Shown one piece after another: positions 15,976-30,781 of a stretch of 64,000 nt of DNA (position 1 is the stretch's first letter; every line of letters starts with the position of its first letter). Under the pieces are notes generated by a model. The model was not told the origin of the DNA. It saw only the letters and a program-made list of their open reading frames with translations, and did not search any database. The translations under genes and the position numbers were made by a program. The DNA is from a virus (taxonomy: Duplodnaviria > Caudoviricetes). Location of the stretch: the IMG/VR virus record IMGVR_UViG_3300021399_000002, positions 1-64,000 of that record. One strand, written 5' to 3'.

Positions 15976-18900
15976 ATGGCATATGTACCCTATGAAAAAT
16001 AGTCTTGGAAAGTAGGCGATCCTATTACGCAAGAAAAAATGACACATATTGAAGATGGTATTCTTGCTGTGAATGATGTATCTACTACTGCATCGCAAGC
16101 ATTGCAAACGGCAACAAATGCCGCGTTTGAAGCAAGCGTAGCAAACCAAGCTATTTCAAGAATGGAAAACAATTCTACTGCTGGCGCAAAAGCATGGACT
16201 TAGATTCATGAATATCTAGGGAAACCAAGTAGCGTTGATGGAACAGAATTAAAGGCAAAAATACAAAGCGAACATAGCGCTCTTACAAGTAGTATTACGA
16301 CTAATACAGAAAGTATCTCAGCTAATACAGTTAAAATTAATGCTAATTCTAGTAGTATTGGACTAATTAATTCTTAGCTTATTGCCGCGGCGCAAGCAGC
16401 AAACCTGTTTAGCACTAATGTGGTTGGAGATAGTGTTGCTGCGCAAATTAGTGATTTGCATAATGCTATTGTCGTGGATAGAAGTCTTATTAGTACTCTT
16501 AATAATATAGTAATTCCAACATCTGGTTCTACTATAGTTGAAAGATTAAATCAATTAGAAGTAAGTTCTGAATAGCTTACTACTGAACTTACAAATGCTC
16601 GTGGTACTAATGCGGTAGGCGGTGCGAATGCGGACTTAGATACTCGTCTAGACGCTATTGATGGCGGAAGTAATCCAAGTAGAACTCTTCCAAATGTTAT
16701 CTAGGAAGTAGAAGGCGCGCGTGGCGGTTATGATAGTGTCAATGCGAGATTAGATAAGATTGATGCCGCAGGCTCTGCTGATAATAAGACTCATAATTAT
16801 CGTATTACAGCTATTGAAAGCGAGATAAATGCAGCTCGTAATGGTGAGGTTAACTTAGATACTAGATTGGACGCATTAGATACAACTGTTAATAATAAGG
16901 TCGCAAAGGATGATATTAAGAAAGTTTTAACTTATGATGTAGATGATGATACTGTTCTTCAAGCGCGTCAAGGTAAGATTTTAAATGATAATATCAATAC
17001 TGTGGCGGCAGAAGTAACTAATGCACGCACTTCTTCCGTAATTCGTACTCCAGGTGAAAACGAAGGAGACCCAGATACAGATACTACTTATAATTCTTTA
17101 GATGAGCGTTTAGAAGCAATTGAATCTAATGCTGCTACTACTGCAACTAATCTTCGTACCGATTTAAATACAATTGCTAATGAGCTAGCTATGCTAGACA
17201 ACGGTACAATTGTAGACACTAATACTAAAATTGATAACTTAGAAGCAGATGTACAAAGTTTTGCCGCAGAGTTGTCAATGACTCGTGATGAAGATACTGG
17301 GCGATTAATTGATACCAATACTAAAGTAGATGAATTAAATACTAGGATTGGTACTGCTGAAACAGATATTGATAATTTAGAAGCAGAATTAGATGCCGAT
17401 ACTACTGGTTTAAAAGATAGAATGACCGCAGCAGAAACCACAATTGGTAACTTATAGTCTGCTGATACGGAATTAGATAGGCGTTTAGATGCTATTGATG
17501 GCGGTTCAGCCTTAACTGGTGCGAATACATTAGCTAGTAGAGTTGCTACTGTTGAAAGTAACCTATCAACCGCAGAAGGTAAAATTACAACTTTAGAAGG
17601 AAAAGTAACAGCACTTGAAACTGCACCAAAATCTGCTACAGTAGTTATTGAAGAAAACAGAATTACTTATGATGAAACAACTGGTGCGCCAACTATCTAT
17701 ATTGATAGTACAAAGCAAACAGCGGATATTCCTTCCACTGATGTTGATTATTTACTATAGAATGGAGATAAGTACTATTATTGGAAATATATTAAAACTG
17801 GTTCTAATCCCGATACTTATGAATGGGCTTTAATCAGTAGTGGTAGTGGTTCTGGCAGCGGTAATACTACTGGCGTGGTTTACACTGCTGAAGAATATAG
17901 TGCTTTAGAAGATAGAGAAGAAAATACAGATTATTATGTATTAGAAAATGATGGTTATCATCATTATCGTTATGTAGGGGAAAATGAAATAGAAATTGGG
18001 GTATCTAAAAAGTATAATGCGTTTATAGAAACTATTGAAAATGAAGATACTATGGTTCATTATTTCAATTTATATGAATTTAATTACGATGAAGATGATA
18101 CTGTTAATGAAGATAATATAGAATCATTATATAATAGAGGAAAGCGCAAAGTTCATTTATTATTACCAGCAACGGGCGGTGGCGGTGGTACCGTTAATAA
18201 CATGAAAATTTTACCAGTCACACCTCGTAATACATCAATGGCATTTAACAGCTCTGTTCCAACTAAAATTAGATTCTTCTTTACTACAGGGGAAGCTAAT
18301 GAACCGGCGAGTTATAATTTTACTGTTGATGGAACTACTATTTTAAATTTACCACAAGCAATTACAAGTGGCGATCCAGTAAATAAATCATATTCTTGGC
18401 CCGTAGATGAAAATGAAGACGAATTATCTGATGCTGATGCTGCGGCGCTAGGTTTCTATTCAATAGATATTTCTAATTATTGCAACACAGTTGGAACACA
18501 TACAGTTCGTATTACAGTTGCTCTTGACTCCAATTCAGCGATTACAGTAGATTAGACTTGGACAGTTACCACATTTAATCTAGCAATCACTTCTAATTTT
18601 ACAAATAACCCTATATATACTCAAGGAGATAATGTAATATTTACATATATTCCAAGTGGTAATGTTGAAAAAGTTGCTCATTTTAAATTAGACAATACTG
18701 AAATTGGTACTGTTTCTTTAACTGCGAAAACTAATACAGAACAACGTTATACTATCACTTCTCCTTCTGCCGCTGGGGCGCATAAATTAGAGGTATATTT
18801 AACCGCGAATAATGGTGCAACGAAATCATCTAGTATATACCGTGATATTATCTGGTAGGCCGCGGATAATACTGATATCATTATTGCATCTCCTTATCGT

Positions 18901-21900
18901 GGAAATACTAATATTAGATTAACATAGTATGAATTATTAGCTATCCCATATACAATAGTTGGCGGCAATAATCGCTATACTGTAGAATATTATATAGATG
19001 ATATGGAGCATAGTGTTAATGAAGTATCATTAATTAATACTAATGCTGGACAGTGGAATTATAGAGCTGATGTCGATGGTGAACATACATTAATGGTTAA
19101 GTGCGGTGACGCTTTTATTACATTTAATGTTAATGTACAAGAATCATTGTATGATATTGCTCCAGTAAATTCTCCTGCTCCAATTATTGATTTTAATCCA
19201 TCTGGTATTACTAATACCTCTAGTAAACGTTTATGGACAAATGGTACTTATAGTTTATCGGTATCTGATAATTTTGACTGGTACAATGGCGGTTATGGCA
19301 CTGATGTAAATGGTGATTATTTCTTAGTTAAAGCCGGCACTAGAGCAGTATTTAATTATAAGATGTTTAAAGGATATTCTAAGACTGTAGATGAAGCCAT
19401 TACCACTGCGAGCACTGTATTTAGAGATGGGCAGGAAATGAAAATTATTTTCAAGACATCTGCAGTACGTAGCGCTGATGCAGTATGGTTTACTAATATG
19501 GCTCCTACAAATAATACTTCCGCGGCAAAAAATGTAGGTATTCAATTAAATGTACATAATGGTTGGTTAAAAACAGACTCCGCGCAAGAGTCTACTAAAT
19601 CCTATCTATACTTCCCATATTCAGAAGAAGATAGAATTGAATTAGATATTAATATTAATCCAGATACTGCACCAAATGCAGTTTATATTATGTCTTATGA
19701 AGATGGATGCCCAAGCCGCGCGTATCCTTATAAAACTACAGAAGCTTTATACCAGTATGCTGGTTCTGAAGCGCCAATCACTATCGGTTCAGATGACTGT
19801 GATGTATATATTTATAGATTACGCATCTATGATAGTGCATTAGATACAGAACAAGTATTACGTAACTTTATCGCAGACGGTAAAGATGTTACTGAAAAGC
19901 TTGAACGTTATACTCGTAATAGTATTTATTATGATACTCAAACAGAAGAATTTACTCCTTATACTGGACCAGATACTATTTTAGATCCAGAGCGCTTAGC
20001 ACAAAAAATTCCTGATGTAAAGATTTTAATGCTCGAAGCTCCACGCTTTACAACAGAAAAGAAAGACTTTGTAGCTAATTCAACCTTACGTTGTATCCAT
20101 GCTCTTGGCGGGAAAATCTACCCCAGCCGTGGAAAAGAAGATAACTGGTTCTTTGGAAATGGTTATCATTCTGGTCAAGGTACTACTTCAGATAAATATG
20201 GCGATGCAGGGCGTAATATTGACTTCTTATTTAATTGCGATGGTATTCATAATCCTTCTGATAAAGTTACTCCGGGAAAAGGATTTATTGAAGGATATAA
20301 ATCTTATGTAATTAAAGGTTATGGAACAGAAGAGGAAGAAGAACCAGAATATTGTTCTGATTGGAAAGGCGATGATTGTAAAGTTTCATTAACTTCTACT
20401 TCTATTCCAAATAATTTCTTTAATTTAAAAGTTAATATTGCCTCTTCTGAAAACGTTAATAATGCTTTATTCCAAAAAAGATTCAATGATTTCTTAAAAG
20501 ATATTTATGAGTCTCCTGCATATAAACGCGATAATAGAATTAAAAATGATATGGAATTTGTTCCTGCAATTCTATTCCTTCGTGAAACGGATACTACTCA
20601 TACAGAAGAAACCGTTGAAAATAAATAGGTAATTAATTATACAAATCATAAAGAATTTAATGATACTGAATGGCATTTCTATGCATTAGGAAATATTGGT
20701 GATAGTAAGAAAACTGACTACACACGTGCATATGATCCTACTGACATGAATGAATTCACTCTAGAAATTTCTGATAATAATACTAATAACTCTCAGTTCC
20801 AGACTGGTGTATATATGAAGAACGGAGTCCGCACAATTGAAGGATATACTGTTGAGCAGGATTACGATGAAGAAAAACAGAAATATAAAGATACATATAG
20901 CGCAGTTTCTTCTGAAAGTGATATTACAGTATTAACTACAGATTATTTATATCCAATTAATCGTGAGACAGAATGGGAAGCTGTAGATGAAAATGGCTAG
21001 CCTCTTAATATGAGATATTGGGGCTTAATGAATGAGAAATTTGATGGAGACCATTCATTTGAAATGCGTTATGCCTGTAAAGGTGATTATCGTGATGGTA
21101 AAATCGTTAATGATACAACTGGTCAGGCAAATTCATAGTTAGCATTAAATACTAAAGTATGGCAATCATTCTATACTTGGTTAGTAACTTCTACTGATAA
21201 ACAGTTTGTCGATGAATTAGACTTATGGTGTGTTAGACCGGCAGTAGCATATTTCTATGCGTTTACTCATTATTATACAATGATTGATAATCGTGCAAAA
21301 AATACTTTCTGGCACTTTGCTAAAACCGGTACTCGTCGAGCGGTTCCAATTGGTAGAGCTTTTGAAGGTTTAATGCATATTTATGAATAGGACGATGGAG
21401 AAGGCGGATATGAACCTGCGACCGCGCCATTCGATAATAAGAAACAGTATTATACACAATATGCATTTGATATGTGGGCATATGATATGGATACTGCGGC
21501 AGGTATTGATAATAATGGTGAACTTATTTTCCCATATGGTAAAGAAGACACTGATTATCGTGTAAAAGATGATCCAAGTTCTGGCCGCGTATATAATGGA
21601 GCAGGCTCTGTATTCTGGGCACGTTTACGTGAGAATTGTAATGATGCAATTACAGCAGCATTCACGGGCGTCAGTCAAGAATGCTTCAATGCTGATAATT
21701 TAATTGTAGAATTTGATAAAGTACAAAATTGTTATCCAGAAGCTATATGGCGGTTAGATGTTGAACGTAAATATATTCGTCCATTTACAGGCGATACTGA
21801 AGCGCCAGATGATAATCCATATCAAGCTATCGCTTTAACTCGTTAGAATAGCCGTTTCTTAGGCGATATGATGCAAGGACGTAAAAAATATCAACGTCGT

Positions 21901-24900
21901 CAATGGATTAAAAATCAAGATGTATACTTTGGTAGTAAATATATGCTAAGTAGTGTGTCTAGTAATCAATTTGATATGGTATGCTACACAATCGCAGATC
22001 AAAATGTTAAACCAAATTGGGATGTCACTATTACACCGTATTAGGATATGTATTTAAATGTTGACTATGGTGAAAATGCTATTCGTGGTAGACGCGCATA
22101 CGCGGGAGTACCTGTAGAAATTAAATGTCCATTTACTGAAATGAATGAAAGTAGATTGCGTATTTATGGCGCTGATTATATCCAAGCTTTGGCTGGAAAA
22201 GCAATTAGAGCGGATGAAAATGATCCTAATAGTGAGATTATTGGTGCGGAAAGCTTAGCTTCTCTTTATTTCAGAGGCAATGATTTTAGTCATGCTAATA
22301 AATTACGCGAATTAATTATTGGTTCTTCAGATCCAACATATAATAATAGTCAATTTACTACATTAAATATTAGTAATAAAAATCCAAACTTAGAATTATT
22401 AGATATTCAAAATTGTAGTGGATTGGGTGGTGCAATTGATTTAACACAATCGACCGCATTAAAAACTGTAAAAGCATAGGGTACTTCATTAACATAGATT
22501 AACCTACCAAGTAGTACTGGTATTGTTAATTTATATTTGCCAACTACTATTACTCGTTTAGCTTTAACTTCAGCTAAAAATTTAACTAATTTAACAATTA
22601 AAGCAAACACTGCAACATCTACCGATCCAAATACTCCGGTTGCATTAAGTGAATTAATTATAAATGATAGTGATTATTCTCCTAATATTAATTGGATATC
22701 AATAGCCGAAAGTGCTTTATCTCATTTAACCAATTTACAATTATTAAATTTAAATGGGTATTCTTCAATTCATGATATTAACGAAATGGAAATGTTCGTA
22801 GAACGAAAGAATGCCTTAGGAGTATTTGTAAATGAAAATGGAGATACTATTGCACGAATTAATTTAAATGGTGTTATTAATGTTACTGGTACTTGGTCTG
22901 AAATTGAAGCAAAACAATATGCTAATACTACAAATGTATAGACGTATGATAGCGAGACGGATACTTATAATACAACACAAATAATTACTAGCACCACTGG
23001 TGTATGGCCTGATTTAACCTTAAATGCTCGTGGTACTAAAACTACAAAATATGCTATTACTTATAAATATGATAGTTATGTAAATGATGAAGGCGATATA
23101 GTTGAAGGAGATGTTATTACTACTTTATATATTACAAGTGGTGTTCGTATTCCTGATATTTATAATACAGGTGTAATTGAGATGCCAACTCGTAATTCTA
23201 CTGTACGTAATAATTATACATTCGGCGAGCGTTCATTTGGTAATTACATTGTAAACTCTGGTTGGAAAGCAGAAAATTCTGATGCCGACTCTTATTTTAC
23301 TACTATGCCTCTAGCCACTAGTAATATGGTAATTGAAACACACTTCCGTAGTGAAGTACGCAGATATCCAGTTAAATGGTATATGCATCGCAATGATCCA
23401 GATTCCTTAGTAAAAACTAGTACAAGTAATGTAGAATATGGTAGCGGCGAAAATCTTGAAGCACCAACAATTCCTGAAATTCACGCGGCTGGTTAGGTTA
23501 CATATACAGTATCTATTGCAAATGATATTGCAACTTACTCTATCTTTACTGGTTGGGAAACCTTACCAATTAATATTCATCCAAGCGCTACAGACGATGC
23601 TTATAACATTTATGCTACTTGGGAAACTGCTCCTTCTATTTCTTTAGGTGATTTATTTGCTGATACATCTAATCTAACTCCAGAGCAGTTATTAGTTTAT
23701 TCTCATATGAATAGTACTTAGCGTAATAATTATGCTAATAGCACAAAGATTGGCGCGGGTCAAAGAATAACTTATACATTAGGTTAGGATAGTATTGAGA
23801 CAGGAACAACACTAGTAGATCCTAGCAATATATTACGTTTTGACTTAAATGCTAGTTTAGCACCAGTTAAAACTAATATATAGCCAATGACTAGTGCTAA
23901 TAATGAGTTCACTATTATGATTGACTATAGCTTTAATCCAGATGCTGTATATGAAAATACAGATAACGCGGGTGTCTTAATGAGTTGTTATTATTAGAAT
24001 TCTTCTACAAATGTTGTTAGTGGATTCGCGCTATATAATAATTTGAATTCTAATTTAGGCAGCCTTGGCCCAAGAGTTGGATTTGGCGATATGTTTAATA
24101 GTAGTGCTTATTCAGTATCTGTTGGCGCGAATGGTAATGGCAATTATAATACTCGTAATGTAGTTGTATTACGGCATCCTAAAGACAGTACAGTATTATA
24201 TGTTTATTCTGGTTTTAGTGGAAATAATCATATAAACTCTGCTGTAAATGTATAGACAATTACTTGGAATAATTCCACATCAAATGCTTATATTAACTTT
24301 GGGCAATTAACTGATGATACTAGTTCTGAATATGATAATTTAAAGGATGTAATCAAGAAAGCAAGCGGTACTATATATCAAGCTAAGTATTGGAATAAAG
24401 ACTTAGGTGTTGGTGAATGTAAGCGCCTTGCGGCATGGCCTCATGAATTAGTTACATTTGGTATTACCAATATAGCTAATACAGTAAGTACCGGCTCTCC
24501 TGCAGATACTAGTTCAGTACCTGCAGTTGGCTTAACAACCTTAACAACTTCTAATCACGGATTGTTTGCTGAAGACACCACTGCAGTTGGATGGGGAAGT
24601 TCTACATATAATACTATTGTAAATAATGGAGTTATATTAGGATTACCTACTAAGTTACAGGCTATTTTAAGTAAACCTGCTGTTAAATATCTTACTATTG
24701 TGTCATCAGAAAATAATGGAGTTACTATTAAAACATTATCAAATACAACTTCAAGTTAGAGAAATTATCTCTACTTCCCAAGTGTGGTTAATATTGACAG
24801 TAATACAAGTTCTAAATATGGCGCTGAAATAGTAAATGTTAATTATGAAACTGCTCCATTCTTATGGGTTAATGGTGGTAATGTTACTGTTTATGAATAT

Positions 24901-25392
24901 AATCCTACTGCTGATGGACATTGGAATCAAGTAAGTGATAGTAATGCTAGCCGTTATATGAACTTACGTTTCCCGATGAAACCTATTAACAATACAGTAC
25001 GAATATTCAGAGAAAGTAGCTCAACATTCTCTACTGGAAATAGTACTAATATTTATACTGAAATTATTGCTAAAGTTAATGAAATTAATACTGGTGATAT
25101 CTTTATTGACATTAATGGACATGCATATATGTATGTCTCTGATAATGATGTAATGACTCTTGGTGTACAAGTATAGACACCAACTGGTATATTTACTGCT
25201 CCCGCTGGTGGCTGGATGTCTTCAATAGGCTTCTGGACTCGTTCTATGATGGAAGCAGATGCTTATTCTAGTTACTCTAATGCAAATCATTTTGTATATT
25301 CTAGTTAGACTGGTGTGGTTGTTACAAGTTATTCTTCTAGTACAGCGGCGCCAAGTAGTGGCCTTGGCCTCAATTATTCTATTTCTATTTAA
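15976..25392 (+). CDS. Giant (~3138 aa) tail/virion protein: coiled coil, LamG-like, CotH-kinase-like and LRR-like regions; TAG-recoded
   Basis: ORF-track pieces 16867-25176 are all one frame and end in TAG; N-term [23 protein letters not shown]; GQGTTS, DNRAKN and [13 protein letters not shown] motifs. Confidence 0.85.
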
Positions 25393-25401
25393 TAAACATA
25401 A

Positions 25402-25431
25402 AGGAGACGGTTATACCGTCTCCTCTTTTTT
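25402..25431 (+). terminator. Rho-independent terminator
   Basis: AGGAGACGG/CCGTCTCCT plus T-tract. Confidence 0.7.
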
Positions 25432-25443
25432 GGAGGTATAAAA

Positions 25444-26163
25444 ATGAAATATTATAAATTAGTATTAGATAATACTATTATCGGGGCCGTTACTTCTTAT
25501 GATTTTATTCGTTATTCTCCTATTGCTCAATGCTATTTAAGCGCGGATGAAACTACCGGTGAATATGTAGGATTTGGCGGGAAATTATATAGAAGTACTT
25601 GGATGAGCCCTATCGTTCAATAGAAAGAATATACTTCAGTTCTTATTATTGAAATTGAAGAACAAGAATATTAGGTATATAAAGAAGCTATGGAGAAGAA
25701 TGAAGTTATTGCAGATGATACTAAGGAAGAAGAACCAGTATATATTGATCCGGTTGACACTGCTTCTATTGATTTCATTCGTTCTTCTAAACTTACAGAA
25801 ATGTCTTATGCTTGCCGCCAAGCAATAGAGGCAGGCTTTGACCTCACACTTCGCGGCGAAACTTATCATTTCTCATTAAGTACTCAAGATTAGCTTAATT
25901 TAATGAATCTAAGCAATATGGCTCAAACGCAAGAGCTAATTCCTTATCATGCTGATGGAAAATTATATACTTTCTATACCGCGACAGAGATAAATGAAAT
26001 TCTTGTGGCCGCAAATAATCATAAGATATATCATACAGCTTATTATAATTCACTTAAAGAATACATTAATGCTTTAGAAACTATTGAAGAAATTGCGGCA
26101 ATTACTTATGGAATTTCAATCCCGGATGAATATAAATCTGATGTATTAAAAATATTAGAATAA
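25444..26163 (+). CDS. DUF4376-like tail-associated protein, recoded
   Basis: GGAGG RBS; HFSLSTQD*LNL..PYHADG. Confidence 0.7.
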
Positions 26164-26227
26164 TAAAGTCTCTTTCATAGCATTATTGCTATGAAAGAGA
26201 TTATTTTATAAATGGAGGTTGAATACT

Positions 26228-26683
26228 ATGGAAAATAAATTCTTTCTTCATCGTATTCGTAAAGATAATAATAGCTATATTACAGGTATTGAAGTCCATG
26301 ATACACTTGATGCGGCCATTAAATCTTTTCATAGTCAGATGAAAATGGCTTATAATAATCCTAGTTATCCAAATACTACATATGTTTCCTGTATGGTAAC
26401 TGATGAGAATGATAATATTGTATCAGGCTATAATGAAACTTGGAATAAAGAGAAAGTGCGTGATTTCTTTGTTCATTCTATCCGCCATGATGGAGAAAAT
26501 TATGTAAAAGGAATTGAAGTATAGGCAAATTATGGAGACGCATGTCGCTCCTATCATACTCAAATGGAATATGGGTATAATAATAGTAAATTTCCAAATG
26601 TTACGTTAGTTTCTAGTAAAATTACAGATAGCAATGGTTTAATACATAAAAAGGAATTATGGAAAGTTGCTACTGAAGAATAA
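26228..26683 (+). CDS. Hypothetical protein with two-fold internal repeat, recoded
   Basis: FF(L/V)HxIR..GIEV..HxQM occurs twice; one TAG. Confidence 0.75.
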
Positions 26684-26703
26684 AAATAAATGGAGGCGAT
26701 ACT

Positions 26704-27045
26704 ATGGCAAGAAAAATTACGGCAGCCGCTCTATAGTATAGTAAATGGTTAAGTCGTTTTATTTGTTGGATTTGGGCACTATATCGCTTCACTGTTATAA
26801 TTCTTGCCGCAATTGTGCCTTCCACCGCTGAAGCCTTAGCTTCTACTATCCCTGGTATAGATACAATAATGCTAGTCAATGAAGGTACTTATCTTGTTAA
26901 TAGTTTAGGTGAAAAGCTTATCTATAGTGATAGATTTGTATTAAAATGGCTTGATAAAGGCGGCTTTAAAAACTTAATAGGGAATTTAATATCAAATTCT
27001 AATAAAGAGGATGGTGAAGAAAATGGCGATGATTAGAACGGATGA
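26704..27045 (+). CDS. Membrane protein, possible holin, recoded
   Basis: Hydrophobic segments; overlaps the endolysin start. Confidence 0.55.
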
Positions 27046-27811
27046 TTTAATTGCAAAATTTTAGTATGCTTTAGATAATAAATGGGGCTATATATTAAAT
27101 ACATGGCATACTCTATGGTCTGAATCATTATAGAGAGAAAAAATAAATTATATGATTAAAAATTTTGGTCCAGACTGGAAAAACAATGAAGCGGCAAAAA
27201 AGAATAGTTGCTATACTGCTGCATTATATGGAGAGTAGTGGGTAGGCCACTATGTCACCGACTGTTCTGGCCTATTTTATTGGGCTTTTAAAGAATTAGG
27301 CGGCTATATGTACCATGGCTCTAACACTATGTGGAATAAATATTGTACTTCTAAAGGAAAATTAAGTAAAGGAAAACGCACTGACGGCGAAGTTCTTAAA
27401 CCAGGTACAGCAGTATTTGTTCTCAAAGGAGAGACCGATCGTTCTCATGTTGGACTATATATTGGTAATGGTCTAGTAATTGAAGCCTCCGGAACAAAGG
27501 TAGGGGTAATTACAACTAAAATTACAAATTCTAAATGGGCAGAATGGGGAGAATTAAAAGGAATTGCTTATACTTCTTCTTCAGGAACTGCGAAAAAGGA
27601 GGAAAAGCCTGTGAGTGAAAATACTATTGGAAGTGCAATAGTAAATGCAGAACGAGTTGCATTACGAAAAGAGCCTTCAACCGCATCATCCGTACTTACT
27701 CGTGTAGATAAAGGTGAAAGAGTCCAGTTATTACCCAACCCAACAGAATGGTTACGAGTCTCATATTAGGGGAAAACTGGATATATGATGAAAAAATTTT
27801 TAGATGAGTAA
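27023..27811 (+). CDS. Endolysin/cell-wall hydrolase (NlpC/P60 plus SH3b), recoded
   Basis: DCSGLFYWAF, SHVGLYIG, C-terminal VALRKEPS..WLRVSY*GKTGY; TAGs upstream of the catalytic Cys. Confidence 0.85.
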
Positions 27812-27825
27812 GGAGGGAGATTATA

Positions 27826-29727
27826 ATGGATATAATTGATATTTTATTGGCTAAACGAATGACATCTTAGGGGCAAGTAGATGTATACGCCGCAAAAGCA
27901 AAAAATGCGGCGCAGTCCGCGCTAGAAGCAAGAGATGATGCCGATGCGGCTATTCAATCTGTTAATGACGCAGCGGATGAAATTCTCGCGGCAAAATCTG
28001 AAGCACAAGATTTGTTAGAGACAGCACAATAGACGCTTGAGACTGCTCAAGAGGCATAGATTAATACCCTTGATTTAGAAGATGTAGATAATGAAATTAA
28101 GCAATTAACCTTTGAAACTAATATGGCTAGCACAACTAATAATAATACAGTATAGTTAATTGCTACATATCCTGATGATACTTTACATACTGAAAACATT
28201 GTAAAAATGTATAAAAGTACAGGAGAAAATGAAGACGGCACTATGACTCAAAAAGCTATTTCAGCAGTTCTTGCTGAAAAGGCTAATAGTGCGGATGTTG
28301 CTACAAAAGCTTATGTAGACGCAGCGGTAGCTAATAGCGGCAGCGGCAGTAGCGGCGGTTCTACTAATCTTGGTACCGATAACGCAGGCAATATTGTAGT
28401 TATCGGTGAAGATGGTAATATCATAGCTAGTGATATTACAGAAGAATCTATCATTGAAGCATTGATTAAAACTGGAAATTATAATGTAGATAATGTATTA
28501 GGTATTGAAGTGGACTATGAGAATCGTTCTTGTAGTCGTACATAGGAAGCAGTCAATAAGCTTCCTGGTGTAAACTTTAATTCATATGTAATGTATGGCG
28601 GTCGTATGCGTTGTAATGTATCAGATGATGGCGCTATTACTGCATTCTATGGCGATAATAATTATAAAGATGACGGCTCTAATGGTCAGGTAATGATTTA
28701 TCAGCCTAAGTTCTATTATCAGAGAACCGCTATCAAGACCGGTACAACTGCGAATGGCAGAGCAATTTATAAAGAATCAATATTGATTTCTTCTATAAAA
28801 CAAACTGGATTTAAGTGCCATCCAATCTTTATGGATGGAGAACAGGAATTAGAATATGTACTCTTACCCGCTTATGAAGGTAGTTTAGATAGTAATGATA
28901 AGTTAAGTTCAATTGGTGGAGTAAAACCAGTATCTTCTCTATCTATTACAGAAGCCGAAGCCGCCGCGAGGGCGCGTGGGGCAGGTTGGCATATTACCAA
29001 TCTCGCCGCAGAATCTGCTAATCAGATGTTAGAGATAGTTGAATATGGTTCTATGAATTTACAGAAATCATTTGAATTAGGTATTACTTATATTACTACA
29101 ACTTCTGGTACTAATTGTGCCTCATTAACAGGTTCTACTGCATCATTAGGTAATACTACTGGGCACGCACTTAGTACTATAAATGAAATAAATGGTTCTA
29201 CTTCTAATTACAGTAGTGCAGGTTACCGCGCAATTAGTTATCGTGGTATGGAAAATCCATGGGGTAATCTATGGAAGTTTATTGGCGGATTAAATATTGA
29301 TCGTTCTTCTTCTGTTAATGGCGGTATACCTTATGTATGCACTGACTTTAATTATTCAGATACAATTGCTAATAATTATGAGCCAATAGGATTTGCTTTC
29401 CCAACATCGTGGGGTTGGATTTCTGCAATGGGCGAATGTGCTTCTGATTATGATTGGGTATTCTTACCTATTGAATGTAATGGAACAAGCGCCGTGCCAG
29501 TAGGTGATATGTTATATGTAAGTACCGGAGAAACTGGTGTTTCAATTGGGGTAATTGGTGGCGCTTGGAGCTTCCAAGAAAGAGCAGGCGCATTTGCTTA
29601 TGCTTGCGACCACTTAATTACTGATAGTGTACAATATGGCTATGGCGCGAAGTTAATGTTTAAACCAACTAAAAATACAATACATGACAATAATGTCACA
29701 AAATGGTTAGAAAAATTAGGGGGTTGA
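27826..29727 (+). CDS. Tail fibre/receptor-binding protein with FGE/C-type-lectin-like C-terminus, recoded
   Basis: STGENEDGTMTQKA repeat motif; YRGMENPWGNLWKF. Confidence 0.75.
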
Positions 29728-29731
29728 TTAT

Positions 29732-29977
29732 ATGGTAAACTATGGTAGAGTTTTAAGTAAAGATAGACCCCAAGAGGTTACAATTACCGATACTGCTGTA
29801 TTCGTTGCTAGCAATATTCAACCTTTCTCTGAAGAAATTGAAGGGTATCTTGAAACAGGATATAGCTACGATTGCGTTGAATATACTAAGAATGAATACT
29901 TAAAGTACTAGGATGAAAAAATGTCTTCTTTAGAAGAAGAACTCCGCGCGGCAAAAATCTTATTAGGAGTTGATTAA
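29732..29977 (+). CDS. Small tail-associated protein, recoded
   Basis: Open with one TAG; stop overlaps the next ATG. Confidence 0.65.
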
Positions 29978-30387
29978 TGATGACATTAGTTGAACTAGCA
30001 GAAAAATTACGCCCTTTTATAGAGAAAGCAGCCATCTCATTATCAGATGAAGATGCTCTAGAAGCAATTAATTTATTCCCTAATTGGGATATAAATAATG
30101 ATTATAAGAAAGATGATCGCGTGCGTTATGATGGTATTCTTTATAAATGTTTACAGCCGCATACATCATAGTTAAGTTGGAATCCAGCTGACGCACATAG
30201 CTTATGGGCTAAAGTATTAATTCCAGATCCAGATGTAATTCCTGAATGGGAGCAGCCGGATAGCACAAATGCTTATATGAAAGGTGATAAGGTTCAATTT
30301 GAAGGCAAAACCTATGAAAGTTTAATTGATAATAATGTCTGGAGTCCATCTGCGTTCCCAGGTGGATGGCAAGAAATAAATATTTGA
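29977..30387 (+). CDS. CBM5/12 (ChtBD3-like) carbohydrate-binding protein, recoded
   Basis: YKCLQPHTS*LSWNP and YMKGDKV..YESLIDNNVWSP. Confidence 0.8.
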
Positions 30388-30439
30388 CAACTTATTATTT
30401 AATATGTTATAATAAAAGAAAAAAGGAGGTAATATTGTA

Positions 30440-30778
30440 ATGAATATTACTCAAATTTTACTTGGAATTATTATTTTAATTGGTGGTATTATTGGTTTAT
30501 TTGTAGTTCCATATATTAAAACACACATTTCTGCAGAGCAACTTACGATTCTAAGTGGAATTGCTTAGACAGTAGTTTATGCCGCTGAGAAGATTTTTGG
30601 CGCGAAAATGGGACAAGATAAATTAGCATATGCTTTGGGATTAGCAAAGAAATTATTAGCTTCAAAGAATTTAACATTTGATGAAGATGTAATTCGTGCT
30701 GCGATTGAGTCTCAGGTGCAACAGTTAAGTATTGAAAAGACTACTGCTGATGCTTTATCAGCTCCTATGGAGAGGTAA
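30440..30778 (+). CDS. Phage holin, LL-H-like, recoded
   Basis: N-terminal TM; IA*TVVYAAEK..GQDKLAYA..IRAAIESQV. Confidence 0.75.
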
Positions 30779-30781
30779 GAT

